The notes below the pieces were generated by a model. That model did no database searches. It was not told the DNA's origin and was given only the letters and a program-made list of their open reading frames with translations. A DNA stretch of 56,592 nucleotides from Octopus bimaculoides (taxonomy: Eukaryota): the NCBI RefSeq assembly GCF_001194135.2, contig NC_068989.1, positions 84,924,224 to 84,980,815 on the forward strand, read 5' to 3'. Within the stretch, counting starts at the first letter, position 1, and each line of letters opens with the position of its first letter. A program made the position numbers and the translations under genes. This document shows positions 12,301-25,600 of the stretch, piece after piece.

Positions 12301-12824
12301 AGAAGACTTGACTTCTGTTAACCGCATATGATACTGAAATTATATCGAAATATCAGAATGCATGTATGTATTCACCCCCCCTATGGCGTGTCCTTAAGTA
12401 CACACATTTATCTGTATGTCGTTTATATACCAAAATGCGGTCATTCATCTGACTGTACTTTATACTCGCCGTTCTCTATCCTTTAATTTATCACCTATTA
12501 AAGGTTGATTAAAATAATAGTGCTAACTGAGAATACAGCTAAGATTTCTGAATTTTAGTGTAAAACTCATTTTTACCACTTCTTTTGCACTTCCAGTGGA
12601 AACTCCTACTTTCTTATTACACAAGTGCCTCCCACCAAATACTTATCTTTGTTAGTGAATTCATCCAATGTTTACTCTTAATAATTTGTTCATCGGGGTA
12701 TGACTAAATGACTGTGGATGATTTTATTATATAATCAACATTATTGATATGACATTGTTCATATGTTGTTGAAACAGCTGTAAACCATGAAATAAATGTG
12801 ATACCAACAACTCCCTTCTTCACC

Positions 12825-12861
<37 letters not shown>

Positions 12862-13368
12862 CATACACACACACACACACACACATACACAGGTATATAT
12901 ACATGTCATGTGATCGATCAGACTACTGGATGTTGTTATACATTGTTGGTCCCAATTCGTTTTGCATCGTTTCAGCATTTGAATGATGTCAGCTTCCTGG
13001 CTAGGTGAGCAGGCCAGCATTCCCCTGATCAGAAAGCTGGTCCGTTCCAAGGTACCCGTTTACAGCTCAGTGGACTGGAGCAACATGAAACAAAGCGTTT
13101 TGCTCAAGAACACGTGTGGCTTGGTCCAGGAATTGAACTCATGATGAAACAGTTTTAAGTGCAACATCCTAACCATTAGGCCATGTGCCTTCACATAGAC
13201 ATATGTACATAATTGTGGCTGTGTGGTTAAGAAGCTTGCTTTACAACCATGTGGTCTTGGGTTCAGTCTCGCTGTGCAGCACAGTGTACACTATGTTGGC
13301 TGATGTGCATTAAGCTTGGTCAAGTTAGAATTAATCAAAGCAGCATCAAATAAAGTATGTTCATATAA

Positions 13369-13537
13369 AGCGCAGGAGTGGCTGTGTGGTAAGTAGCTTG
13401 CTTACCAACCACATGATTCCTGGTTCAGTCCCACTGCGTGGCATCTTAGGCAAGTGTCTTCTACTATAGCCTCGAGCCGACCAAAGCCTTGAGTGGATTT
13501 GGTAGACGGAAACTGAAAGAAGCCCGTCGTATATATG

Positions 13538-13570
<33 letters not shown>

Positions 13571-13764
13571 CTGTGTTTGTCCCCCTAGCATTGCTTGACA
13601 ACCGATGCTCGTGTGCTTATGTCCCCGTCACCTAGCAGTTCAGCAAAAGAGATCGATAGAATAAGTATTAGACTTACAAAGAATAAGTCCCGGGGTCGAT
13701 TTGCTCGACTAAAGGTGGTGCTCCAGCATGGCCACAGTCAAATGACTGAAACAAGTAAAAGAGT
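13369..13764 (+). mobile_element. tRNA-derived SINE family B, full length, with internal (TA)n(TG)n microsatellite
   Basis: Head GCGCAGGAGTGGCTGTGTGGTAAG...GGTTCAGTCCC and tail GACTGAAACAAGTAAAAGAG. Homologous copies at 39340, 41195, 43017 and 44120. Confidence 0.85.
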
Positions 13765-14826
13765 ATAAGGTCATATTTAATGTGTTCAAGTATATTTAGA
13801 CATTAGAAGTCCTCTTACACAACATGTGGAAGGATAGATTGGGCTGTGAATATCTTCACTGGATGCAAGCATTTGCATGTTCTTTTGCATTGGCAGCAGT
13901 GAATACCAAGTCTCTCTCTCTCTCACAGCCTGATAAGAATGATGCATTTGGGTTTCTGGAACATTGTAGATTGGTGATTAGAGGAGGGATAGAAACAAAT
14001 AAATTTTTTTTTTTGCCTTTTTAAGGAAGAAAAGGGCAGTAGCTTTCACCCTTTAATTTTTCAGGATATCTGAAACTGGTAGGATGAAAGGAGGAAGTTC
14101 TCTTTCAAATGAGGTTGTCACCCAAATGCTTGGAGCAGAGTGAATTTCACTGAAGGTATCCGAGGGACAGTGTAACGTCTCTCAAATGCCTGCCTTTAGC
14201 TGAGTGATAACTGTTGTCGGTCACTCAAGAACTAAGAACACATTCAATACAAGACCTTTTGTCTGATGCTCTAACAATTCTGCTATCCACTACTGTGGTT
14301 AGCCATTTTATGGTGTTGCTCCCTGTCCACCTTAATGGTGACTTTTGCAGGATTTGAACTTGGGAGACCTGGAGCAAATACTGCAAACCAATTTGTCCTA
14401 TATTTTAATGTGGGCCAATTCACTGTATCAGAGAAACATTTGAACATGTGTAGCCTAACATCAGGCGAGGCTTGGTCAAGCACACATTTCAGCCTTGACC
14501 ATTACATCTAGGGTCAGTATCTCAGATCAAATTAGTGTCCTTTCTTTTTCTAGGCAGTAGGGTCAAATTTCAATGAGATTAAGTGGCTATTACTTGCAGG
14601 TTGAGTAACTACAGAGGCTTCTTTGTTTAGCTCTGTTGATCGAGGAAGATGGTAAATCTCAGTGGTTAGATGGTTCAGGAGACAGTTTTTGGAGTAAAAT
14701 AGTAAAACTGGCTGACATTGCTTCTTTTTTTTTTTTTTTTTTTTGTGTTTTTATTCTTTCAGTTATTGTAATTATTTATGAATCATTTTTTTTTCTTATC
14801 TTTTCTGAACAGGAATAAATTTTGTG

Positions 14827-14941
14827 ATGCCTTCAGATGCCAAAAAGAGACGAGATGCACAAAAGAAGGCAGCGGCCAATAAGTCTAGCAATAAAAAGAA
14901 GACTCAGAATGGTCCATCGAAAGAGGCTGGCAACAAAGTTG
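14827..14941 (+). CDS. ABCF2: ABCF2 coding exon 1 ([14 protein letters not shown]...)
   Basis: Acceptor at 14811-14812; ATG at 14827; donor G|GTAAGA, phase 1. Confidence 0.9.
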
Positions 14942-17900
14942 GTAAGAATGGCTTTTATTGGTTCAAGTGTGAAAATAGAAGTTACTGTGTAGCAGACGTT
15001 TTAGGAGTGGTGTTAATTAGGAATTGGCAAAATTGGAGGATGTATGTGGTGTAGGGGACACAGGTTGTAAAGGTAAGCTGTGGAAATTAAGGGATAGGCC
15101 CCACTGTGCTGCAGAATGAAAAATAGAAAGTCAACTGGTAGTATGTTCAGAAATATAATTAAAAGAGGCAGAATGAAGACATAAAAATTAGTTTTGTAAT
15201 CCAGGCAGAGATTCCTGAGAATAATGTTGAGAGTAGTATTTTGGAGTGTCTTGTGGTAAACTTCATCATAGAACTAAGGACTAGTTTTGGTGTTTTGCAG
15301 ATATTTTTTCTGGCATGCAAGCTGTAGTATATAGTGTAAACCTTCAAACATTGACACTATCTTTTCAAATCCTGCTTATAAGTTTTGGTCCAGAAAATTT
15401 GACTTATCTACCATAAAATATGGTAGATTCTGATGATTATCTTCTGTTGTTGCATGGTACTTCTTCCCTCATTACTGAGCTAGACAGGTGATGATGAATT
15501 CTGAAGGGGAAAAAAATGGGTGTTTGATGAGGAATGGACTAAAACATGGTATCCAGGAAATCTGTCTTGTGAAGTTCTTATGTAGAAGAAATGGAAATCT
15601 TGTTTTGACAAAAGTTTCTTGATATGAAACTGGTTGAGTTACTAAACTGTTTTAATTAGATTGTAGCAAGTATTGAGTACTCTTTTCACTTGGAACTCCT
15701 TTTCTCTATGTCAGTGTTTCTCAAACCTTTGTACCCTTGCGTAACCCTTAAAATAAATTATGTCTCAAGGAACCCCTGCCCCTGCCAAATTATATACCAT
15801 ATCTTTCTCATTTTTTGTCATCGTAGTTCACATGGGAAATAGATATATGGTTGGTATATTTTTTCAATAACATGATAGATTAGATAGGATGATGTCTATA
15901 TTACAATAACCAATAATATGTTGTGCATATATAGCAGTATTACAATCATGAAATTAACATTAGCTTATCTCACTCTTTCTCGTGGAACCCTAGGGTTCTG
16001 GGAGACCCCGGTTGAGAAACACTGCTCTACGTATTTGGTTTGGACCTCTCTCTACTGGTTTAATTAGAATGAATCATTTTCTGTTTTTGTAAATTGCTTA
16101 CACAATAACCCAGCTGGTGTCTTGTAATGAAATGGAATCAGACAATTAAGACAAATCCTTGATTCACATCTATTGTATAATTAATGTAGAACTGGGATGA
16201 TGAAACAAATCTAATAATTAGAATGGGGGTATTTTAATACAAAACTGAATAGCAAACATTTTGTGGAGATATAAATTGTTATATTACAAGTTCAATGGTA
16301 AGATGCTGTCTATAGCTTTAAAGATGTTGTTGACCAAAAATAGACTTAAAAACTTTTCCAGTGTTAGCTCTTGTTTCTAGAAGGTTTTGCTCTGGCAACC
16401 CATCGCTACCATCTTACCTTTTCCCCCAGATATTTCCACCTACCCACAGATAAGTGCAGGGTAACTATGCATCTTTTCTATAGTAAGACACATCTGCTTG
16501 TCCTTAGTATAAAATCATCTCTCCACCCTCTCAAACACTTCCTCATTTAATCTCAAGGGCTTTTCTCTTTCTCCCTATTCTTGTTCTTTCCTGTCTTGCA
16601 AGATACTTGGCAACCCCACCGGTGCTGGTGACATGAAGAAAAAAAAAAAAAACCACCCAGTACATACTATAAAGTTGTTGGCATTAGGAAGGGCATTCAG
16701 CCATAGAAACCATGCCAAAGCTTATATTGGAGGTCTATTCATCCTTGGACTTACTGGATCCTGCCAAACCATCCAACCCATGCCAACATGGAAAACAGAC
16801 ATTAAATGATGATCTGATAATGTGAGCAGGTAGACATGTTTATCCCCAGCGGACTTCTGATCAATTGTCTTCCAGCTGTAATCCTGCATATTTTCTAGTC
16901 ATAGTGTATCTAGGACTGCATCATCCACTGTCAGTTTTTTTAAAAACGCGTATGGGTGTGTTTTGAGTGCTATTCCTCGTAAGTCAGGAGACTGCAGAGC
17001 GGGTTCTTTTAACCCATATATGCCCATAAAAAATTTCACTGTATTTAGATTAAACATTATGGTAAGCTTTCACAATCTGGAAGAGAAGGACAGTATGCAA
17101 CCATTAGCTACGAGTGTCGACTACCTACCAAACATTTCGTATGCCCAGTCAGATGATTCATGGCGAGTTCATATCCAGATAAGTAGGAGCAGGTTTTGCG
17201 TTGCGAAAACGTAATCAGTGGTATATATATGGGTTAACTTGACAAATTCCTTTCTTTTTCCCTTTTTAGAGGTCAACGTCGTTATTGAGTTACGTCCCCC
17301 TAGATTTATACAGTTATCTCCCATCTCGTATTTTTGTGCAAGTCTAGAAGATCATAGTCATCCCCATGGATATTTGCATAGTATAGTTTCAGTCGAGTGG
17401 TGGACAGAATAAATTTCTTGTAGTATTCCTTTATGATCTTAAGGCCGATTAGGCAAATAACAAAACAATTCAGTGACTGTTTTGTCCTTCTCCAGGGCTT
17501 GCATGAAACATCCTCCCACAACACCTACTTGTAACTCAACCACTCGCTCGTCTGAGGCATGAAATTTTGATCAGCAGAACATGAACATGTTCAGTTTATC
17601 ATATCATCCCCCAGACGCCCCCTCCTCAGTTCACCTGCAGCTTACCTGATTTCATTTTCTGGCTCTCTCTTTTTGCTTCATACACTATTATATATGCCTG
17701 TTGCATAACATTCCTGGGTTCAAATCCTGTTGGTGTATCTATCACGTTTCCAGGGTCATTAAAATAAAGTGTCAGCGATGATTCTGGTGGTAAATTTAAC
17801 TGACTGGCATTCTATACAGTTTGTTAGAAATTAATATATTATTTTCTATGCAGATAAAATGGTTGTAGAATACACACGTCTGATGGTATTTTTACTGTAG

Positions 17901-20900
17901 AATGGTAGTTATTAGCTGATTTTTCTTGTTTCCATGGCAGCAATGGTCACTAGTATTTTTGTTCCTGTTGATGGTTGGAGAATGAGGACATAAAAGGCCG
18001 AGGTAGAGTGGTGAGCTCTTCCTTAACAGGAATTGAATTCCCACGGTGCTCAGAAACCTTGAAGCGATACTTATATTTTTCTGACTCCAACACTTGACTG
18101 TGATGAACATGATGAGAATTACTAACATTTGTTTCTTGGCTACTGTTTGAGAGATTTGGGGTACAGATGGTTGGTTAATTCAACATAAACTATTTAGCTG
18201 AGACCTAGTTCTATTGACCAGGATGAGAAAAACTCAACACGAGTAAGAATTGCATTCTGAATGTAAAGGGAGATAACTGCTAAANNNNNNNNNNGGAGGC
18301 GCAATGGCCCAGTGGTTAGGGCAGTGGACTCGCGGTTTCGATTCCCAGACTGGGTGTTGTGAGTGTTTATTGAGCGAAAACACCTAAAAGCTCCACGAGG
18401 CTCCGGCAGGGGATGGTGGCGAACCCTGCTGTACTCTTCCACCACAGCTTTCTCTCACTCTTTCTTCCTGTTTCTGTTGTACCTTTATTTCAAAGGGGCC
18501 AGCCTTGTCACACTGTGTCACGCTGAATATCCCCGAGAACTACATTAAAGGTACACGTGTCTGTGGAGTGCTCAGCCACTTGCACGTTAATTTCACGAGC
18601 AGGCTGTTCCGTTGATCGGATCTACTGGAACCCTCGTCGTAAGCGACAGAGTGCCAACAACATGTAATCTTAGCTTGGATGTAATGAATGGCTGGTGTTG
18701 TCTCTTGCGACAGTTTATTTGGTGGTGGGTAAGTAGAAGGGAAACCACTTCCACTGTTGGTGCGTACGTTTCTGTTTTTATTGAAATGTTTCTCTTGTTT
18801 CAGTTGATGGCATTACCAAGCAGTTAGATGAGCTTGAACTAATCTCTCAGCATCGCTCCTGTACTGGAGTTCTTGCTTCCCATCCAGACAGCCGTGATCT
18901 TCACATCGACAATCTGTCCATCACATTCCATGGAGCAGAGTTACTGAGTGACACAAAACTTGAACTCAATGTTGGTCGACGTTATGGTATAATTGGTTTA
19001 AATGGCTGTGGTAGGTTTTCACTGCTTATTATTATTTATTTTTTAAGTTTCATTTTGACCTTTCAGCAAACAATTAAATGATTTGGTTTCCTTGCTTGTT
19101 AAATGGTTACCATTCAACAACATAATGTAACTATTACTACTACTTTCAAAACCAGATATAGTCATTGGAATGACTTTTGAGTAATTGTTTAACCCTTTTG
19201 TTACTGTATTTCTAACCAAAATATGCCCCTTTTGAGTTTCAGTTAAATTCTAAAATAATCGTGAGTTTAGACTAATTTCATTAAACAACTGTAACCTTTT
19301 TTACTTATCAACATATTAATGTGATTTTTGGAACACAATTGAAGAAAGGGTTCCTAATTCTGTTGCATAACTTTTGTCTCAAAGTGACTTTAATTACAGG
19401 TAAATTCAGCAAAATATTAAAATGTTTAAATTTTGCTTAAACATCACCATAGAAAATTAGTCTTCAGCTAATATTCAATTGGATGTGCAGCAAAATTTTA
19501 ATATAGAAGAATTGTACACATCACTAGATTATCAGTTGAATTCAATGCACAAAAGAACAGGTAAAGGTTAAATAAAATGAAATACTGGAATTTGTTTTTG
19601 AAGAAAACTAGAAAATTAAATACAACAACTAAATGAAATATACTCACAGACATACATGAATGCACAAGAACTTATATAATAAAGATTTACAATGGAAATT
19701 AAATCAAAACTTGTCACTCATCTTACAGGCAAATTAAAATTACAGGTAAATAAAAAGTAAAAACGAAGTAAATTTGAAAAATATTTATACAATACTTCTA
19801 TCATGGAAACTTGTAAAACATCCCACTCTACATATTGCAACTTTGCAGAATTCACATTGGAAAGAAGTTTCAATTGGCCGTCCACTGGGAGTCTTTTTTT
19901 TTTTTTTTTTTTTTTCTTTCTTTTCTTGGCACTGGTTTTTGTGACCCTCGATTAAAAAAAAATTTTTCCGTCTAATTTATGGAGATTGGCTGAATTCAGA
20001 GAGCTATCTCTCTGGCAAGTTTTGCTTTTCCTGCCTGGATTTTTTTTTTTTTTTAAGTAATAACCTGCAACTGTGTTGCAGCATCTGTTCAGAACTGCTT
20101 CAATAAACTTTGTCCAACCCATGCAAACATAGGAAAATGGGCATTAAAATGATGATAAAATATTTGGAATATGTCTTGTTTGATGTCTCTTCTGTGTGTT
20201 TGGTAATCGTATAGCGTTAATTTTGGTAACACCTGTTTTTGTTTCCTCTTCAGGTAAAACCTCTTTGCTGTCAGCTATCCAGCTGCGAGAGTTTCCAATT
20301 CCCAAACACATTGACACATTTCTGTTGTGTCGCGAAATGCCGCCCAGTGACAAGACAGCTCTCCAGTGTGTCATTGAGGTCGATACAGAACGTCTGAGAT
20401 TAGAGAAAGAAGCAGAAACTTTGGCAGCTGCGGATGATTTAGGTAAGTCCGGATTTCTCTTTTGACTCTGATTTTTGTCTGCTGCGACATAAGTTAACTT
20501 GCTTGTGATTATCAGGTTTCTAACAGGCACAGGTATTACTTAACATGATTGCATTCACATATATCTATGAAATATTTTGGTCATTTTTCAAAATGACAAG
20601 GAATTGGAATAAGTTTATTAACTCTTTAGTATTCAGAATATTCTGTTGAATATATTGTTTATTCATTCTCATTGTTTTGTATTAATCATGCATTATCTCA
20701 TAGCTTTGAGACTCCAATGATGTGATTATCTTTAGAATGACATTGTAGGGTAGGTGGGAAAGACTGGATCTGGTCAGTTTGAATATAAAACTGGTAGAAT
20801 ATATTGGGTGGATAAGGCTGGTTTAACTGCTAAAGGGTTAAAATAATCTTAGTATATTTAACTTGATGGTTAAGTTTTTGCTTGAGTCTTGAAGGTTCTT

Positions 20901-21363
20901 GTCCAAGACTCAAGTTTGAACTCAAATGAAAAGTGTAATCAGTGTATTTCATCAGAGACTTGATGAAGCACTAGAATAAGTTTAAAGAGCTTAGAACTAT
21001 CAACATGACCATAAAGCTATTTAGCTGCAGTGTAGTGTTGACATAATCCTTTTTACCATAGGCACAAGTCCTGAAATTTTAGCAGAGGGGATGAGTCGAT
21101 TACATTATCCCCAGTGTTTCACTGGTACTTAATTTATCAACCCTGAAAGGATAAAAGGCAAAGTAGACCTCGGTGGAATTTGAAGTCAGAACATAGGGAT
21201 GGGCAAAACACCATAAAGCATTTTTATCCAGCGTGCTAATGATTCTGCCAGCTCGCCATGTGGTGGTGTTGAAATAATAACGAGGCAGAGGTGGCCTATG
21301 AATGAAGTAATAGCAAGGATCTTGTACCACATTCTACTAAAACTGTCAGTTCAGTTCAACTGT

Positions 21364-21405
<42 letters not shown>

Positions 21406-22528
21406 TTTTATCTTTCCCATTTCAGAATCTCATGACCGCCTACTGGATGTGTATGAGCGACTTGACTACATGGACGCTGACAAAGCTGATGCTCGAGCTG
21501 GCTATATTTTACATGGTCTTGGTTTCACTAAAGAGATGCAAAGCAAAAAAGTGAAGGACTTCTCTGGAGGATGGCGTATGAGAATTGCTCTTGCCAGGGC
21601 TTTATACATCAAACCAGCCTTGCTGATGTTGGATGAGCCTACGAATCATCTGGATTTGGATGCTTGTGTCTGGCTGGAAGAAGAACTCCGCAAGTAAGTT
21701 ACTGTTGTGCTCTTGGAGATCAACTACAATCTGTCAAATGGGAGTTGTACAGTTTCTCTTTACACAATTTTCACACAAGGCTTAGATGAGAAGACACCCA
21801 AAGTTTTACCATTTCTCTTTCTACATCTTCAAGATTATCTTTGAAGCTGATTAACTTTATTTTTCATTGTTCGTCTTGGTGTTTTGGATCTACCATTCTT
21901 AAGAGCAATTGAATAATTTGGTCATGAAACCAAGGGCTTTTTTTTTTTAGTTAGTTCAATGTCATCTAAGAAATTCCAACTGCAATAATCCTTTCACTGT
22001 ATATCATTTTTATTTGTCTAGTTATGCTTGTCTCTCTCTCAGTTGTATCTGTGTACCTAACTTTATATTTATTATAATCAATATAAATTCTTTTACTACT
22101 TAAATTCCTAACCGTTTCTGTACATAAGCATGAAATTCTTTACATCTGCCATTATTTTGTTTGTTTCAGCTACAAGAGAATATTGGTCATAATTTCCCAC
22201 TCGCAGGATTTCCTCAATGGTGTTTGTACCACTATTATTCACATGCATCTTCGTAAACTGGTTTACTATGGTGTGAGTCTCAATGTTTTCTTCAGAAATT
22301 CCTTATTATTGCTACCACAAACTCTCTATTGTTGGTTATTGAATAGTATCTATCCAGTATACTGCTGGGAGGGTACATAGTCTGCCATGGACACCTGTGC
22401 TTTGGTTCTTTCTTTCTTTTTCTTTTCCTTTTTTTGTCACTTTTGCTATGAATTAAATTAATGAATTCAACGGGATACGCCGTCTGCAAGTAGTTGGGTT
22501 CAGCATATTATCCTCCATTTTCTAATTG

Positions 22529-22612
<84 letters not shown>

Positions 22613-25600
22613 AGAGAGAAAGACCTAAATGGCAAAATACATGAAATTTTCACTCCAAAGCTGCAGCTGAATTTAGCTGGCTGCAATATCTAAAGAGAGC
22701 AGGGTTCAATCCACAGGACTGGCTGATGATGTTTTAAGTAAAAGGTCTGATGTTGCACCACAGCATGTTGAATTCATGCCCTATCTCTTTTCTAACAGAG
22801 TATATGATTTCAAGGCTCTCATTACTTTCATGGTGATAGTGTAGACATCAAAGTGTCCCCTTTTCCAAGGCACCAATACACAGCTTGTATTGGTACAAGG
22901 AAAAATGGACCAACAATGTTTTTTTTTTTTTTAAACTCCATTTTCTCTTTTGCATCTTTTTATTATTTTCTCCAAGACTTTTTCAGGAGGTTTCTCCTTT
23001 CTTTGTCCCTTCCCATTCCTTGTCAGACTTAACTTCAATCTTTTCCCCTTTCTTGCTTTTCCTCTTCCTCCTTCACTATTTTCTGTTTCTTTATCATTCA
23101 CCTCATATTGTACCCTCCATCGTCTTTTCCTCAACATTAATCTTTCTCCCCCTTTTCTTGCCTCCTCTTCTTCCTCTTCCTTCACCTCATATTTCACTTT
23201 TCATCCGTTTTTCTTTTTTTTTAAACACTTGCTGCTGGTGCTTACTATGATAACTCAAATGGACTGAAGCCAGATTACTGTGTAGACGGACAGACACACA
23301 CACACTCTCTCTAAATATGGGCTGTTGACAGCTTTGATTAAAAATTGATAACCAATCAAGAATTAACTNNNNNNNNNNNNNNNNNNNNNNNNNNNNNNNN
23401 NNNNNNNNNNNNNNNNNNNNNNNNNNNNNNNNNNNNNNNNNNNNNNNNNNNNNNNNNNNNNNNNNNNNNNNNNNNNNNNNNNNNNNNNNNNNNNNNNNNN
23501 NNNNNNNNNNNNNNNNNNNNNNNNNNNNNNNNNNNNNNNNNNNNNNNNNNNNNNNNNNNNNNNNNNNNNNNNNNNNNNNNNNNNNNNNNNNNNNNNNNNN
23601 NNNNNNNNNNNNNNNNNNNNNNNNNNNNNNNNNNNNNNNNNNCCCCCAACCACGACTCAGCAAGAGGAGATACAATAGTTCAGAAGTAGTTAGGACACAC
23701 TCTGTTGGATTGATTAATCCACAGGGCATCCAGCTCTAAAAACCATGCCAAAGCAGACCTCACCAGTGCTGGTGCCGTGTAAAGAAAAAAAAAAAATTAC
23801 AGACTCTATGGTTTCTATGGCTGGATGCCAGCCATAGAAACCATGCCAAAGTAGAGAGTGGAGTTTGGTGCAGTCCTCTGGTTTACCAGCTCCTGTCAAA
23901 CCATCCAACCCATGCTAGCATGGAAGACATGTTAGATGATGATGTCTGAGAGAGAATAAATTATTTTTCAAAAGATTTCATCAAGTTCATAATTATTATT
24001 AAACATTAGATTCTACACCCATTGGATATGTAGATGGAAGAAATTTCAAATGTACAAAAGTGTCTTTTATTATTAATATTACTATTGATACATAATAGGG
24101 GTTTCATGTATATTATATATCATCATCGTCGTTCTCGAGTGCACTTGATTACTCTGAAGTAAGGATTATGTTGCTATTATAACAAAGCCATACTAATTGT
24201 CCAAAATATACAGTATCTTATCTACCATGGTATAAAGGATTCAACTGTATGTAACAAATAGTGTTATATCTGTAATAAATGTGTGTTTGTATAACTCGTG
24301 AGTCCTGCTAACATATGCTGCCTTTGTTTCAATTAATTTTTAAAATAATGAATTTAGTAAAATAACTTTCTAATTATTAAGCTGGGGTCTGGAAAAAATT
24401 AGCATAAAATTTTGATAGAAGACTATAATTTAGACCACTTTAAAGCAGTAAGTTTGTCCTAAACCCTGGGACAGTCTCAAGCAGGTTAGTATCAAAAGGG
24501 TTAAAATGTTTCTCTGTTTTCTACCTATCCCTTGTTTTACTCGGTTTCTCTGACAACAACAAACTTGTGATTTTATTTCTAAATCTTCAGCTCATCTTAA
24601 CTGTTGATGTTTTTCTTCCTTCCAGCAGTTGCACTAACTCCCTGTTTTCTATGTTCCAGGGCAATTTTGATGCTTATATACAGACAAGGAATGAAGTTGA
24701 AGAAAACCAGATGAAGAAATATAAATGGGAACAAGACCAGATAGCTCATATGAAGGTGTGTATGTCACATTAGCTTCTTAATTTCGTTCTTGCTAGACTG
24801 CTGCATTGGTGTTTGGGGTACATGTTGAAGACTGGCATGGGGGTACATACAGAAGACTGATGGTGTTGTTAGTAGATCTAGAAGACTGGTATTAGTGTTG
24901 TACATATATTGGAGAGTACTTTAAACTTCTCCTTATTTTTTTTTTCTTTCTTCACTTCAGAACTACATAGCCCGTTTTGGTCATGGCAGTGCCAAGTTAG
25001 CTCGGCAAGCTCAGAGCAAGGAAAAAACTTTGAAGAAGATGGTGGACAGTGGTTTAACAGAAAAAGTAATTTCTGATAAAGTAAGTTTTTTTTTTATTAC
25101 CATTCAGCAAGAGACACAAGAACCCTTCACCCACCCTGTCTTTGATCCTTCCTGTAATTTTTTTCAGTTTGTGATCCTTTATTTTTGGTTTTGCTATTGG
25201 TAGCCCCAGAAAATATGTAGAAAATATTTTAAATTAAGCCGTGTAATTTGAAGACTCCTGTGGGTATAGGACTTTCAGACAATCCTTTTATCTAAGGACT
25301 GCTGTGGTTGGTTCTATTTTAAGGTTTATTAACCCTTTTAATGCAGAAAGCAGTTTTATATATACTGTTCTCTTTTGTTGAGGAATTTCATGTTTGAAAT
25401 TGTTTTCTATTGAGATATGTCAAGTTTACTGAGACAATGCAACTTTTAGAAAATACCAATTCTAGTTTTTGGTTGATATTTAACATCATTACTGGAATAG
25501 CCATGAGACTTAATTTTTTAATAGAAGGGTTAATGGAAAATAACCTGGCCTGGGAAATCTTTCGGCTTTAATTGGGATAATTACATTTGAGGAAAAATTA

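Noticed and set aside
15431-15504. TGATGA...CTGA...TGATGA...CTGA pattern resembling a C/D snoRNA in ABCF2 intron 1
   Set aside because: No terminal stem, no purine before box C, and no rRNA/snRNA complementarity I could identify. These short boxes are common by chance in this sequence.
18295-18350. tRNA-like A/B boxes here and at other SINE heads as tRNA genes
   Set aside because: They continue into SINE bodies shared among many copies and do not form a full cloverleaf.
22885-23267. ORFs of 88-121 aa rich in F/L/S or E/K/R
   Set aside because: These are translations of a CT-rich low-complexity intronic tract.
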